DNA of 64,000 nucleotides from Candidatus Woesearchaeota archaeon (lineage in GTDB: Archaea; Nanobdellota; Nanobdellia; SCGC-AAA011-G17; PNOQ01): assembly GCA_964408705.1 (NCBI GenBank), contig CAYPAI010000001.1, positions 63,750 to 127,749 on the forward strand, written 5' to 3'. The notes below the pieces were generated by a model. It was given only the letters and a program-made list of their open reading frames with translations. It made no database searches and was not told the DNA's origin. Position numbers and translations under genes: made by a program. The stretch's first letter is position 1. Every line of letters starts with the position of its first letter. Below are positions 38,838 through 46,559 of the stretch, in pieces.

Positions 38838-39104
38838 GTGAATAGTTTGGGAAAGATTGTTGCTAAAAAAGTTGTAGAAAGGAAATCTGGTTACTTATAC
38901 TATGTAGATGGTAATGGTAATGTTTGTGAAGCTAAAATGGCTAGAGGTGGTAAAAAGAAGAAAGCCGTAGCTAAGAAAAAAGCTGTTAAGAAAAAAGCTG
39001 TAGCTAAGAAAAAAGTAGTTAAGAAGAAAGCAGTTAAGAAGAAAGCAGTTAAGAAGAAAGCAGTTAAGAAGAAAGCAGTTAAGAAGAAGAAGAAGAAGAA
39101 GTAA
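38838..39104 (+). CDS. Small nucleic-acid-binding-like protein with histone-H1-like K/A repeat tail
   Basis: 88 aa; GTG start with a strong GGAGGTG Shine-Dalgarno sequence. The ~35-aa N-domain (KIVAKKVVERKSGYLYYVDGNGNVCEAKMARGG) is followed by (KKKAV)n repeats and a poly-K end. Confidence 0.5.
   Translation: MNSLGKIVAKKVVERKSGYLYYVDGNGNVCEAKMARGGKKKKAVAKKKAVKKKAVAKKKVVKKKAVKKKAVKKKAVKKKAVKKKKKKK
39021..39101 (+). repeat. 15-bp tandem repeat x4 plus (aag)7 inside the K/A-tail gene
   Basis: aagaagaaagcagtt occurs four times in tandem, then aagaagaagaagaagaagaag. Confidence 0.7.
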
Positions 39105-39142
39105 TTTCTTCTTTTTAAAATTATAAAGGGGGTTTAACTTTA

Positions 39143-39382
39143 ATGAGTTTTAGTTTGATTTTAGGATTTTTAGGACTATTTATTATCTTTATTGCATATG
39201 TACTGAACAATTGGAATAAATTTAAAAAAAACAAGAGATATTTCTATTTACTCAATATTCTTGGTTCTTGTTTTTTAGCATATTACTCTTTCGAAATATC
39301 TAGTATACCTTTTTTAATTTTACAAGTGTTTTGGATTTTAGCTTCATTATACTCTTTATTTTTTGATTCTAGCAAGGTATAA
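39143..39382 (+). CDS. Small two-TM membrane protein
   Basis: 79 aa; two hydrophobic helices; SD-like AAGGGGG upstream. Confidence 0.35.
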   Translation: MSFSLILGFLGLFIIFIAYVLNNWNKFKKNKRYFYLLNILGSCFLAYYSFEISSIPFLILQVFWILASLYSLFFDSSKV

Positions 39383-39411
39383 TATGTAATAATATTATAT
39401 ATTTACCCTAG

Positions 39412-39439
39412 GGTTCGCATAACATATATTATGCGAACT
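39412..39439. other. dif/att-like recombination site candidate (11-6-11 imperfect palindrome)
   Basis: GGTTCGCATAA-CATATA-TTATGCGAACT. The arms are reverse complements (10/11) and resemble the bacterial dif XerC arm (GCGCATAA-TGTATA-TTATG...). It lies 37 bp upstream of the Xer-type recombinase gene and is followed by a T-run. Confidence 0.4.
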
Positions 39440-39476
39440 TTTATATAGTATTTTTATCAAAAATTAACTAAAAGAG

Positions 39477-40316
39477 GTGTATTTGGTGAAAAAATACTTA
39501 GATAAACTTGAAATTGAATTAAAATTGAGGGGTTTTTCAAAAAGAACCCTCAATACATATTTTACCAATGTTAGATTATTTCTTAACCAATTAACTAAAA
39601 ATCCTGAAGAAACCACTGAAGATGATATAAAATTATATTTTGCAAACCTTATTGCCAATAACCTGTTAAGTCCTAGGTCCATTGCAGTAAAGAAAGCATC
39701 CTTAAAATTTTTTTATGAAGAAGTTTTAGGTAAAAAGATAATTAATCTGAAAACACCCAAAATACCTAAATCTATCCCTGTGTTTTTAACAAAGGATGAA
39801 ATTAAGAAATTGTTTATTGCTTCTTCTTCTAAAAAATCTCTTTTGATCATGAAATTACTTTATTCTACAGGGTTACGTGTAAGCGAATGTGTAAATCTAA
39901 AAACATCTGATTTAGAAATTGAAGAAGGAGTGGGGTGGGTTAGAAGAGGTAAGGGTGATAAAGATAGGGCCATATTCTTTCCAAAATCACTAGGCCGTGA
40001 CTTAAATAAGTATATCCAAACTTTATCTGAAACTGAGCAATATTTGTTTCCTGGAGGGGATAAGGGACACTTATCTACTAGAAACATACAAAAAATAATA
40101 AATTTGGCTGCAAAAAAGGCAAAAATCCCTAAAAGAGTGACTGCACATAAACTAAGACATAGTTTTGCTACCCATAATTTAGATAAGGGGGTAGACATAA
40201 GGATTATCCAAGAGTTATTAGGACATTCAGATCTATCTACGACTCAGATATATACTCATGTTTCCAAGGAACAGTTAAAAAAAGTAAAAAATGTACTTGA
40301 TGAGTTAGAATATTAG
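39477..40316 (+). CDS. xerA: Tyrosine recombinase, XerC/XerD/XerA-like (site-specific integrase)
   Basis: 279 aa; GTG start. N-terminal SAM-like core-binding domain; C-terminal catalytic R...HxLRH...Y region (HKLRHSFATHNLDKGVDIRIIQELLGHSDLSTTQIYTHV). Confidence 0.8.
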   Translation: MYLVKKYLDKLEIELKLRGFSKRTLNTYFTNVRLFLNQLTKNPEETTEDDIKLYFANLIANNLLSPRSIAVKKASLKFFYEEVLGKKIINLKTPKIPKSIPVFLTKDEIKKLFIASSSKKSLLIMKLLYSTGLRVSECVNLKTSDLEIEEGVGWVRRGKGDKDRAIFFPKSLGRDLNKYIQTLSETEQYLFPGGDKGHLSTRNIQKIINLAAKKAKIPKRVTAHKLRHSFATHNLDKGVDIRIIQELLGHSDLSTTQIYTHVSKEQLKKVKNVLDELEY

Positions 40317-40457
40317 TTTTAATCAATACTTAAATGTTTTTGGCAGTTTTTCCCCTACCAAATATAACTTCTACAAATAAACCAACTCCTTACACATACT
40401 AATCCAAATTTAATTCCATTTAGGATAGATAGATTATATCTCTTCGTCCCCTTATTT

Positions 40458-40610
40458 GATTTATGCTACAGGCATTTCTAATCCAAATATTGCAACAATT
40501 ATGGATAAAATAACATATACTATTAGTTGCCAAATAATTGTTATAGCGACTACATTCCAGAAGTTATTCTTTATCCACTTCCAATCAAAATTTGTTAATT
40601 TCTTTTTCAT
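40458..40610 (-). CDS. Small membrane peptide (below the ORF-track size cutoff)
   Basis: ~50 aa (MKKKLTNFDWKWIKNNFWNVVAITIIWQLIVYVILSIIVAIFGLEMPVA), read by eye; overlaps the next small membrane ORF by 4 nt. Confidence 0.25.
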
Positions 40611-40813
40611 TTTTTATTAATATATTCCCACCAATATCCCACTAGTATTGGTACAAATCCTAAGTAGATCCATGATATTTCCTTAAACCATGCTCCATAT
40701 ATTATCACAATTAGTGCAATAATATTAAGTACATATTGCATTGGGTCATGCCTTTTAAAAAACCAACTAAAAAAGCCTTGTTTTGTGTTTTTTCTTTTTA
40801 CTATCTCTAACAC
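40607..40813 (-). CDS. Small two-TM membrane protein
   Basis: 68 aa; two hydrophobic helices and a W-rich C-terminus. Confidence 0.35.
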   Translation of the reverse strand: MLEIVKRKNTKQGFFSWFFKRHDPMQYVLNIIALIVIIYGAWFKEISWIYLGFVPILVGYWWEYINKK

Positions 40814-40924
40814 CTCTCCTCTTTTCCTATTTGTATAATATTTAAAGTTTTTGATTAACTTTTTAGTGTATATTTTAGGTTATAGTATCAAAAGATTTAA
40901 TAAGGAGTTAACTTAAATATTAAC

Positions 40925-41512
40925 ATGGTTTTTAAATTTTTTAAAACAAAAAGTTCAAAATTAGATAAAAAATTTAAAGAAATTAATAATAGTTTAACCA
41001 GTTCTTTTTTAAAAATAAAGGAAGATATTTTATCAATAAGTACCCATTTAGGAGATCTCCATACTCACAAAGAAAATCATAGTGAGTTAATCAAGGAATT
41101 AGATTCTCGAATTAAAACATTAGAAAATTTTATTGAAGATATACTTTCTAACCAGCCACGTGTCCAAACAACCCACGTGTCCAAACAAACACAAACAAAT
41201 GTCCGTCCAAAACGGATGTCCGTTCCTGTCCAAACAGAAGTTTTAGAAAGTTTAAAAAGACTAACACCCATGGAAAGGTCATTAGTATGGGCACTTTTAA
41301 ACACAGATATAAGGCTTAGTTATAGTGACCTCTCAAGGATACTTGGCAAAGACGAGTCTACAGTGAGAGGACAAGTTAGCAACATAAAAAGGAAAACGGA
41401 TGACCTTGTGTTAGAACAAAGTGAGAACAGCGGACAAAAAAGATTTTATGTTGAAGAAAGAGTAAAAAACAAAATAATGAGAAAATATAAGGTTAAAGGC
41501 AGGAAAAAATAG
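40925..41512 (+). CDS. Coiled-coil plus C-terminal HTH protein (paralog A)
   Basis: 195 aa; N-terminal heptad-like coiled coil, a low-complexity Q/T/P linker, and a C-terminal HTH (LTPMERSLVWALLNTDIRLSYSDLSRILGKDESTVRGQVSNIKRK). Confidence 0.45.
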   Translation: MVFKFFKTKSSKLDKKFKEINNSLTSSFLKIKEDILSISTHLGDLHTHKENHSELIKELDSRIKTLENFIEDILSNQPRVQTTHVSKQTQTNVRPKRMSVPVQTEVLESLKRLTPMERSLVWALLNTDIRLSYSDLSRILGKDESTVRGQVSNIKRKTDDLVLEQSENSGQKRFYVEERVKNKIMRKYKVKGRKK

Positions 41513-41602
41513 AATAGTGAGAGTAAATTATAACGCTTAACTGTAAAAATACCCATATTTTAAGATAATGCCTCAAAAAAAGATAAAAAGTGAGAGTAAA
41601 TT

Positions 41603-42190
41603 TTAAGAAAACCTTGTTTGATTGGGATCTTTGTGATAGTAAAGGTTAGTTAATTTTTCTTTAAGATTTAATTCCTTAAAATCTTGGTGAATAGTGAGAG
41701 TTATTGTACGATTATTGAGTTTTTTCTTTAAAAGAGGTAACCCTTTCCTTATTATAGAGCTAATATAACTCCTAATGCACCCCATAGAAAGGTTTAATTT
41801 TGAAGATAAATCATTGTAATTAACATTTCTGCCTAAATCCTCCTCTAATTGATATATTGTCAAAAACACTAAGAACTCTTGATTAGTGAGATTATCTATT
41901 CTTTTTTCTAAAGTTTTCTTTAATGATTGAATGTTTAATGAATGATTATTTGTTGAATGATTATTTGTTGAATGATTGAGTGAATAGACCCCTTCATTTC
42001 CAGTGGAACTTTTACTCTGATCGAGAGGTATTTGAAGAGTAGGAGCCTCGTTCCCACCATATTTACCACTTTGGCTAATTTTCTCTAATATTTTATCCAA
42101 TTTAGCTTCAATACCTTCTACCCTCTCGCTTAATGAAGAAATATCTTCTTTTACCTTTGTGAAAGATTGTCTTACCTTATCTTGAAACAT
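41603..42190 (-). CDS. Coiled-coil plus C-terminal HTH protein (paralog B)
   Basis: 195 aa; same architecture and length as paralog A (VKEDISSLSE vs IKEDILSIST; HTH LTNQEFLVFLTIYQLEEDLGRNVNYNDLSSKLNLSMGCIRSYISSIIRK). Contains HSTNN tandem repeats. Confidence 0.45.
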   Translation of the reverse strand: MFQDKVRQSFTKVKEDISSLSERVEGIEAKLDKILEKISQSGKYGGNEAPTLQIPLDQSKSSTGNEGVYSLNHSTNNHSTNNHSLNIQSLKKTLEKRIDNLTNQEFLVFLTIYQLEEDLGRNVNYNDLSSKLNLSMGCIRSYISSIIRKGLPLLKKKLNNRTITLTIHQDFKELNLKEKLTNLYYHKDPNQTRFS

Positions 42191-42283
42191 TTACAAGTGA
42201 GTGAACTAAAATAAGTATAAATAGATTATTGTGAATAACTAGGTGTTTAGTTGTTGTTTAATGAATGAATAACGAGTGCATAA

Positions 42284-42556
42284 CTAAATGGATAAAGTTT
42301 TATATTGATCATATATTTTTGATTTTAAGATCCATTTTTTTCGAGAAAGATACTGTTTACCGTCGGTGTTTTTATTTATTTCTTTAATAAATCCTTCATT
42401 TTTTAATTCTTTTAATAGCCTTAATATAAACTCTTCATCCCTTATCATTTCTTCAGCGATATTTGATGTATATAGAGGTTGGAAGTGATTATCATAGATT
42501 ACTGAGAGTATGTGTTCTTTTATTTTTTTTATTTTATCTTTGCTTAATCTAGACAT
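42284..42556 (-). CDS. Small winged-helix DNA-binding protein
   Basis: 90 aa; HTH-wing pattern (YTSNIAEEMIRDEEFILRLLKELKNEGFIKE...GKQYL), like small wHTH regulators of archaeal plasmids and viruses. Confidence 0.45.
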   Translation of the reverse strand: MSRLSKDKIKKIKEHILSVIYDNHFQPLYTSNIAEEMIRDEEFILRLLKELKNEGFIKEINKNTDGKQYLSRKKWILKSKIYDQYKTLSI

Positions 42557-42613
42557 AATTATACCTATCTCGAGAAGTATTTAAGTTATTCGTTTAAAGG
42601 GAAAAGTTGTTGA

Positions 42614-42805
42614 TTAACAACAACTGTGGTATAATTTTTTTAAACCCATCAAAACAAAACTTATTGCAACAACTTCTTCTAGTACAAGAATTGCTTGCCA
42701 CAAAGATATACCTAATCCTAGTAAGATAATTCCTTTTGCAACCAACATACTCTTACTACAACAGCTGTGACACATTTTCTGATCTTTGCTCTTTTTTTTA
42801 ACCAT
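42614..42805 (-). CDS. Small membrane peptide with terminal Cys motifs
   Basis: 63 aa; MCHSCCSKS at the N-terminus and HSCC at the C-terminus flank one or two TM helices. Confidence 0.35.
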   Translation of the reverse strand: MVKKKSKDQKMCHSCCSKSMLVAKGIILLGLGISLWQAILVLEEVVAISFVLMGLKKLYHSCC

Positions 42806-42848
42806 CTTATCACCTCTAATTTAATCTTAGAGTTATACTTTATATATT

Positions 42849-43403
42849 TTACTCATATATATTAAACTCGTCTTTGGAACACATTATCGCCATAAATAAT
42901 CCTGCTCCCTTACTTTTAGAATCTTTTATTTTTTTAAACTCTTCAAGATCTTTTGATGAGGCTATACATCTCTTATGAGGGTGCGAATGTAACCATCCTA
43001 TGGTTCCTTCAGGACAAGAAAGATATGTTACGCTGTTAAAACTTTGATGGATTATTTTAGGAATGAAGATATCCTCTATATAATATTCCCTGTTATAATT
43101 ACCAATTAGGCATGCAACAATTTCAACATCTTGGTTCGACAAATACTCTTCCTTTAGTTTATTATAACTTTCTCCAAGGAAAACTATTAAAAATCCTTCA
43201 CCAACTATGGAGTTATTAACTATTTGTTTGGATTCTATACTACTCCCTATAACCTCCCCCAGAGGGTATCCTATGATGAGGTATGCTGTTGTCATTATTA
43301 TTAAAAAAAATGCAATAGTCTTTGTGAATCTGTGCTTATTCTCTTCTTCTTCAGTTAAGACTTCTTCAGTTAAGATTTCATCTAATTCTTTTTTTGAAAA
43401 CAT
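42849..43403 (-). CDS. Membrane-anchored JAMM/MPN+ (JAB) metalloprotease-like protein
   Basis: 184 aa; acidic N-terminus, one TM helix, then a JAB core with E...HSHPHKRCIASSKD (the HxHx7Sx2D zinc-ligand motif) preceded by conserved Glu (EIVACLIG...YYIED). Confidence 0.55.
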   Translation of the reverse strand: MFSKKELDEILTEEVLTEEEENKHRFTKTIAFFLIIMTTAYLIIGYPLGEVIGSSIESKQIVNNSIVGEGFLIVFLGESYNKLKEEYLSNQDVEIVACLIGNYNREYYIEDIFIPKIIHQSFNSVTYLSCPEGTIGWLHSHPHKRCIASSKDLEEFKKIKDSKSKGAGLFMAIMCSKDEFNIYE

Positions 43404-43507
43404 TCTTTACATATCTTTCTTTCTTGGTCATAACACCTTTTGCATGCCTGGCCTCCACAAAGAGTGCAAGTACCCTCTGACAAGTTCACCATACACCTAT
43501 TACACAT
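43382..43507 (-). CDS. Small zinc-ribbon peptide overlapping the JAMM gene start (not in the ORF track)
   Basis: ~41 aa read by eye (MCNRCMVNLSEGTCTLCGGQACKRCYDQERKICKECFQKKN). It has four to five CxxC pairs. Its 3' end overlaps the JAMM ORF start in another frame. Confidence 0.3.
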   Translation of the reverse strand: MCNRCMVNLSEGTCTLCGGQACKRCYDQERKICKECFQKKN

Positions 43508-43765
43508 AATCAACCTTTTCATAATTAGTATAGTTAGTTTTTCGTTTATATTCTTTTATGTTTAAGTGGAGCCTTAATTAATTACAGAGTGGTATCGGGT
43601 TCTAAAATATAGGTGGTAAAAATTGTAACTAACTTGACAAATATATATAAATGGATAAAAAAAATTAAATAAATATGTTAAAAGAACTTCATATCTTAAA
43701 AATTATGAAAGATGAGAACTGTAGCTGGGAAGAGGCTACTGAAAAGAAAAAAGAAATTATAGACC

Positions 43766-44191
43766 TTAATGAGTTTCTTGTTTAGTTTTATCTGCCTTAA
43801 AATGTGGTAACCTTATATGAGGGGGAAGATTCAATTCTTGAGAAAGATTTAGTGCCTTGATATTACACTTTGCAAGAATAGTGTTAAGGATAGATGTTGT
43901 TAAACTTTGTGATAGTTTTTTATCCTTTTTCCAATCTGCTAAGATTTCTTTTACTTTTTCTGGTTCTTCCATATACAATACTGAACCATCTAAGCCTATC
44001 TGTCCAACCTCTGGCTCATACTTTATACCATAACTAAAACTAAATTTTAATACTTCTTCAGATTTACTAAGAGTTAGGCTTTCTTGTTCTACATTGGTAA
44101 TTGCTAAACTATTCTTGATTTCAACTTTTCCTGAAAGTTTAGTAATTTTTTGTGCATCTATTTTATCTATATTTAATCCTATAACTGGCAT
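43766..44191 (-). CDS. Hypothetical conserved-looking protein
   Basis: 141-aa ORF downstream of argS on the same strand; no motif recognised. Confidence 0.35.
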   Translation of the reverse strand: MPVIGLNIDKIDAQKITKLSGKVEIKNSLAITNVEQESLTLSKSEEVLKFSFSYGIKYEPEVGQIGLDGSVLYMEEPEKVKEILADWKKDKKLSQSLTTSILNTILAKCNIKALNLSQELNLPPHIRLPHFKADKTKQETH

Positions 44192-44235
44192 AATTTCACC
44201 TTGTCTTTGTCTTCTAGAGATATTTATAAAAGTTT

Positions 44236-45909
44236 CTACATTCTTGCCGGGATATCTATTCCTAATATCTTAAGCCCATTCCCTAAGGTAATCTTTGTAC
44301 ACTTCACTAAACTTAATCTTGCATTGGTTAGTGTTGATTCTTCATTTTCTAAAATTTTACAAGACTGGTAATATGTATTGAATTTTTTACAAAGTTCAAC
44401 AAGATAATTACAAAGTAAAGAGGGTTTGTGTTCTCTTGCACTTTTTTCTATTATTTTAGGATATTTGTTTATTTGTTTGATTAGGCTTAACTCCACGGGG
44501 GCGTTCAATGTCGAGAACTTTATTTTTTTGTGGATTTTGCCTTTTTTCAATATTGAGTTTATCCTTGCACCAGTATACTGCAAATATGGCCCAGTCTCAC
44601 CTTCAAATTTAATAGATTCTTTAGGATCGTATGTGAAATTTTTTAAAGGGTCATATTTCAACATAAAAAACTTTATTGCACCCATTCCAATTATTTCTGA
44701 AGTCTGCCTTAAAATTTGACTAGGTAAATTTTTATTTCTCTTTTTTATTTCTTTTTCTGCCATATCTTTCATTTTATCTGCAAGAGTGTCTGCATCTACA
44801 ATATTTCCTTCTCTTGACTTCATTTTTCCATGGGGTAAACTAATATACCCATAAGACAGGTGGAAAAGTTTTTTAGTAAAATTGTAATTTAATCTCTTTA
44901 AAATTTCGAATAGAGTTTTGAAATGATATTCTTGTTCATTAGCTACTACATATATCATTTCATCCATGGAATAATCTTTATTTCTTAAATCTGCAAGAAT
45001 TATATCTTGAGTGATATATATTGATGTACCATCTGCCCTCATTACTACTTTTTCACCGAGGTTTTCCTTTTTTAAATCTACAATTATATTTCCTTTTTCG
45101 TCTTTTTGAAATAATCCTTTAGTTAATCCTTCATCTATTATTTTTTTCCCAAGGCCGTAATGATTACTTTCAAAATAGGTTTTGTCTATTTTTGTTCCAA
45201 ATCTTTTGTAAGTTTTATTGATCCCTTCTACCCCCCATCTGTTTAATTTTTTCCATAAGTCGGTCACTTTTTTGTCTTTTTGTTCCCATTTGACTAATAA
45301 CTTGCTCAACTCTTCATTTAATTTTTTATTTAATTTTGCCTTTTTTTCATAAAGAACATAATAATCTCCTACAAAATGGTCCGATTTCTTATCTGGGGCC
45401 TTGTTTTTACCATAATTAAGATATGCAAACATAGACTTACAAATATGAATACCTCTATCATTAATTATATCTACTCTTATTGCATTATTTCCGACGGCCT
45501 TGTTTAATTCAATTAGGGAATTACCTAAAAGCATATTCCTAACATGACCTAGGTGGAGAGGTTTGTTAGTATTTGGACCAGGTGATTCAATAACTACTAC
45601 TTTTTTGGTTTGTTTTTTGTGGCCATAATTTTTGTTTTTAGTTATCACTTGAGAAATTGTTTTTTTAAGGAGGGTGGATTCTTTTATAAAAAAATTTAAA
45701 TATGGCCCTACTGCTTCGATCTTAGAAATATAATTTGGTTTTTTTAGTTTTGATTTTAATGTTTTAGCCTCTTTGACAGGGTTGCTTCCTATTTTAAAAC
45801 AAGGTAAGGAGTAGTCTCCCATCTTTTCAGAAGAAGGTCTTTCTAGATTTATTTGTTTTAATCCTAACTGTTTTTTTAAGAAGTTTGCAATATTTTTTTC
45901 AAAGTCCAT
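44236..45909 (-). CDS. argS: Arginyl-tRNA synthetase
   Basis: 557 aa; class I HIGH region (PNTNKPLHLGHVRN) and a C-terminal DALR anticodon-binding domain. Confidence 0.9.
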   Translation of the reverse strand: MDFEKNIANFLKKQLGLKQINLERPSSEKMGDYSLPCFKIGSNPVKEAKTLKSKLKKPNYISKIEAVGPYLNFFIKESTLLKKTISQVITKNKNYGHKKQTKKVVVIESPGPNTNKPLHLGHVRNMLLGNSLIELNKAVGNNAIRVDIINDRGIHICKSMFAYLNYGKNKAPDKKSDHFVGDYYVLYEKKAKLNKKLNEELSKLLVKWEQKDKKVTDLWKKLNRWGVEGINKTYKRFGTKIDKTYFESNHYGLGKKIIDEGLTKGLFQKDEKGNIIVDLKKENLGEKVVMRADGTSIYITQDIILADLRNKDYSMDEMIYVVANEQEYHFKTLFEILKRLNYNFTKKLFHLSYGYISLPHGKMKSREGNIVDADTLADKMKDMAEKEIKKRNKNLPSQILRQTSEIIGMGAIKFFMLKYDPLKNFTYDPKESIKFEGETGPYLQYTGARINSILKKGKIHKKIKFSTLNAPVELSLIKQINKYPKIIEKSAREHKPSLLCNYLVELCKKFNTYYQSCKILENEESTLTNARLSLVKCTKITLGNGLKILGIDIPARM

Positions 45910-45952
45910 ATTTAAAATGGGAGATGTGTTTTTTTAAATCTTGCTGAAGATA

Positions 45953-46216
45953 TTAAATAATATCTTCTTCAGAAACAACAACAAAATCGCCTACAGCAAT
46001 AACTGAACTATGTGGGACTAATAAATTTCCATGATCGTCCCTTTCTAAATCTAAGTTATCTGCCAAGTGTGTTGGGTTCCTTAATTCAAGATTTAAAATC
46101 TCACCTGTTCGGGATTCGAAAACAATATTTCCGACTTCTCCAAACTTTTTGCCAGTTTTACTGACAACTGTTTTCCCTAAGATTTGTTTTGAATATTTTC
46201 TTTCTTCGCTTGCCAT
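45953..46216 (-). CDS. PRC-barrel domain protein
   Basis: 87 aa; ILGKTVVSKTGKKFGEVGNIVFESRTGEILNLEL pattern. Confidence 0.55.
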   Translation of the reverse strand: MASEERKYSKQILGKTVVSKTGKKFGEVGNIVFESRTGEILNLELRNPTHLADNLDLERDDHGNLLVPHSSVIAVGDFVVVSEEDII

Positions 46217-46267
46217 GATATAAAGGGTAAGTATTAATTGTTTATAAAATTTTTCTTAAAATAGAAG

Positions 46268-46558
46268 TTATTTTACAGTATCTTCTATATACTCTTTACT
46301 ACTTTCTAAAACGTTTTCTATGATCTCTACATCTTTTATTTCTTCTACTATTGCTGCACCAGTCTGTATAATTTCATTATCAGTGCTTATTTTACTTTCA
46401 GAATTTATTGCACCAATTACAAATAGAAATGCAACAGATATTATTAATATTACTAGTACTGATTTTGCAAAAGTTTTTACGAAAATATGTTTAGACATCT
46501 CTAAGACTAGTAATGAAATAATTAAAACAACTATTATAGTTAATACTTCCATAATCAA
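46268..46558 (-). CDS. Small membrane protein
   Basis: 96 aa; two TM helices plus an acidic tail. Confidence 0.35.
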   Translation of the reverse strand: MIMEVLTIIVVLIISLLVLEMSKHIFVKTFAKSVLVILIISVAFLFVIGAINSESKISTDNEIIQTGAAIVEEIKDVEIIENVLESSKEYIEDTVK

Positions 46559-46559
46559 G

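Noticed and set aside
43207-43509. 100-aa plus-strand ORF opposite the JAMM gene
   Set aside because: It lies antisense to the JAMM ORF, whose HxH...S..D motif gives it stronger coding support. No motif was found in the plus-strand translation.
43538-43566. Possible second dif-like half-site (TTTTCGTTTAT-ATTCTT-TTATGTTTAAG) at the right edge of the putative element
   Set aside because: Only ~6/11 matches to the left arm of the 39412 site, although the right arm resembles the E. coli XerD arm. This is within chance expectation for AT-rich intergenic DNA. It is kept only as something to test when looking for att/dif duplication.
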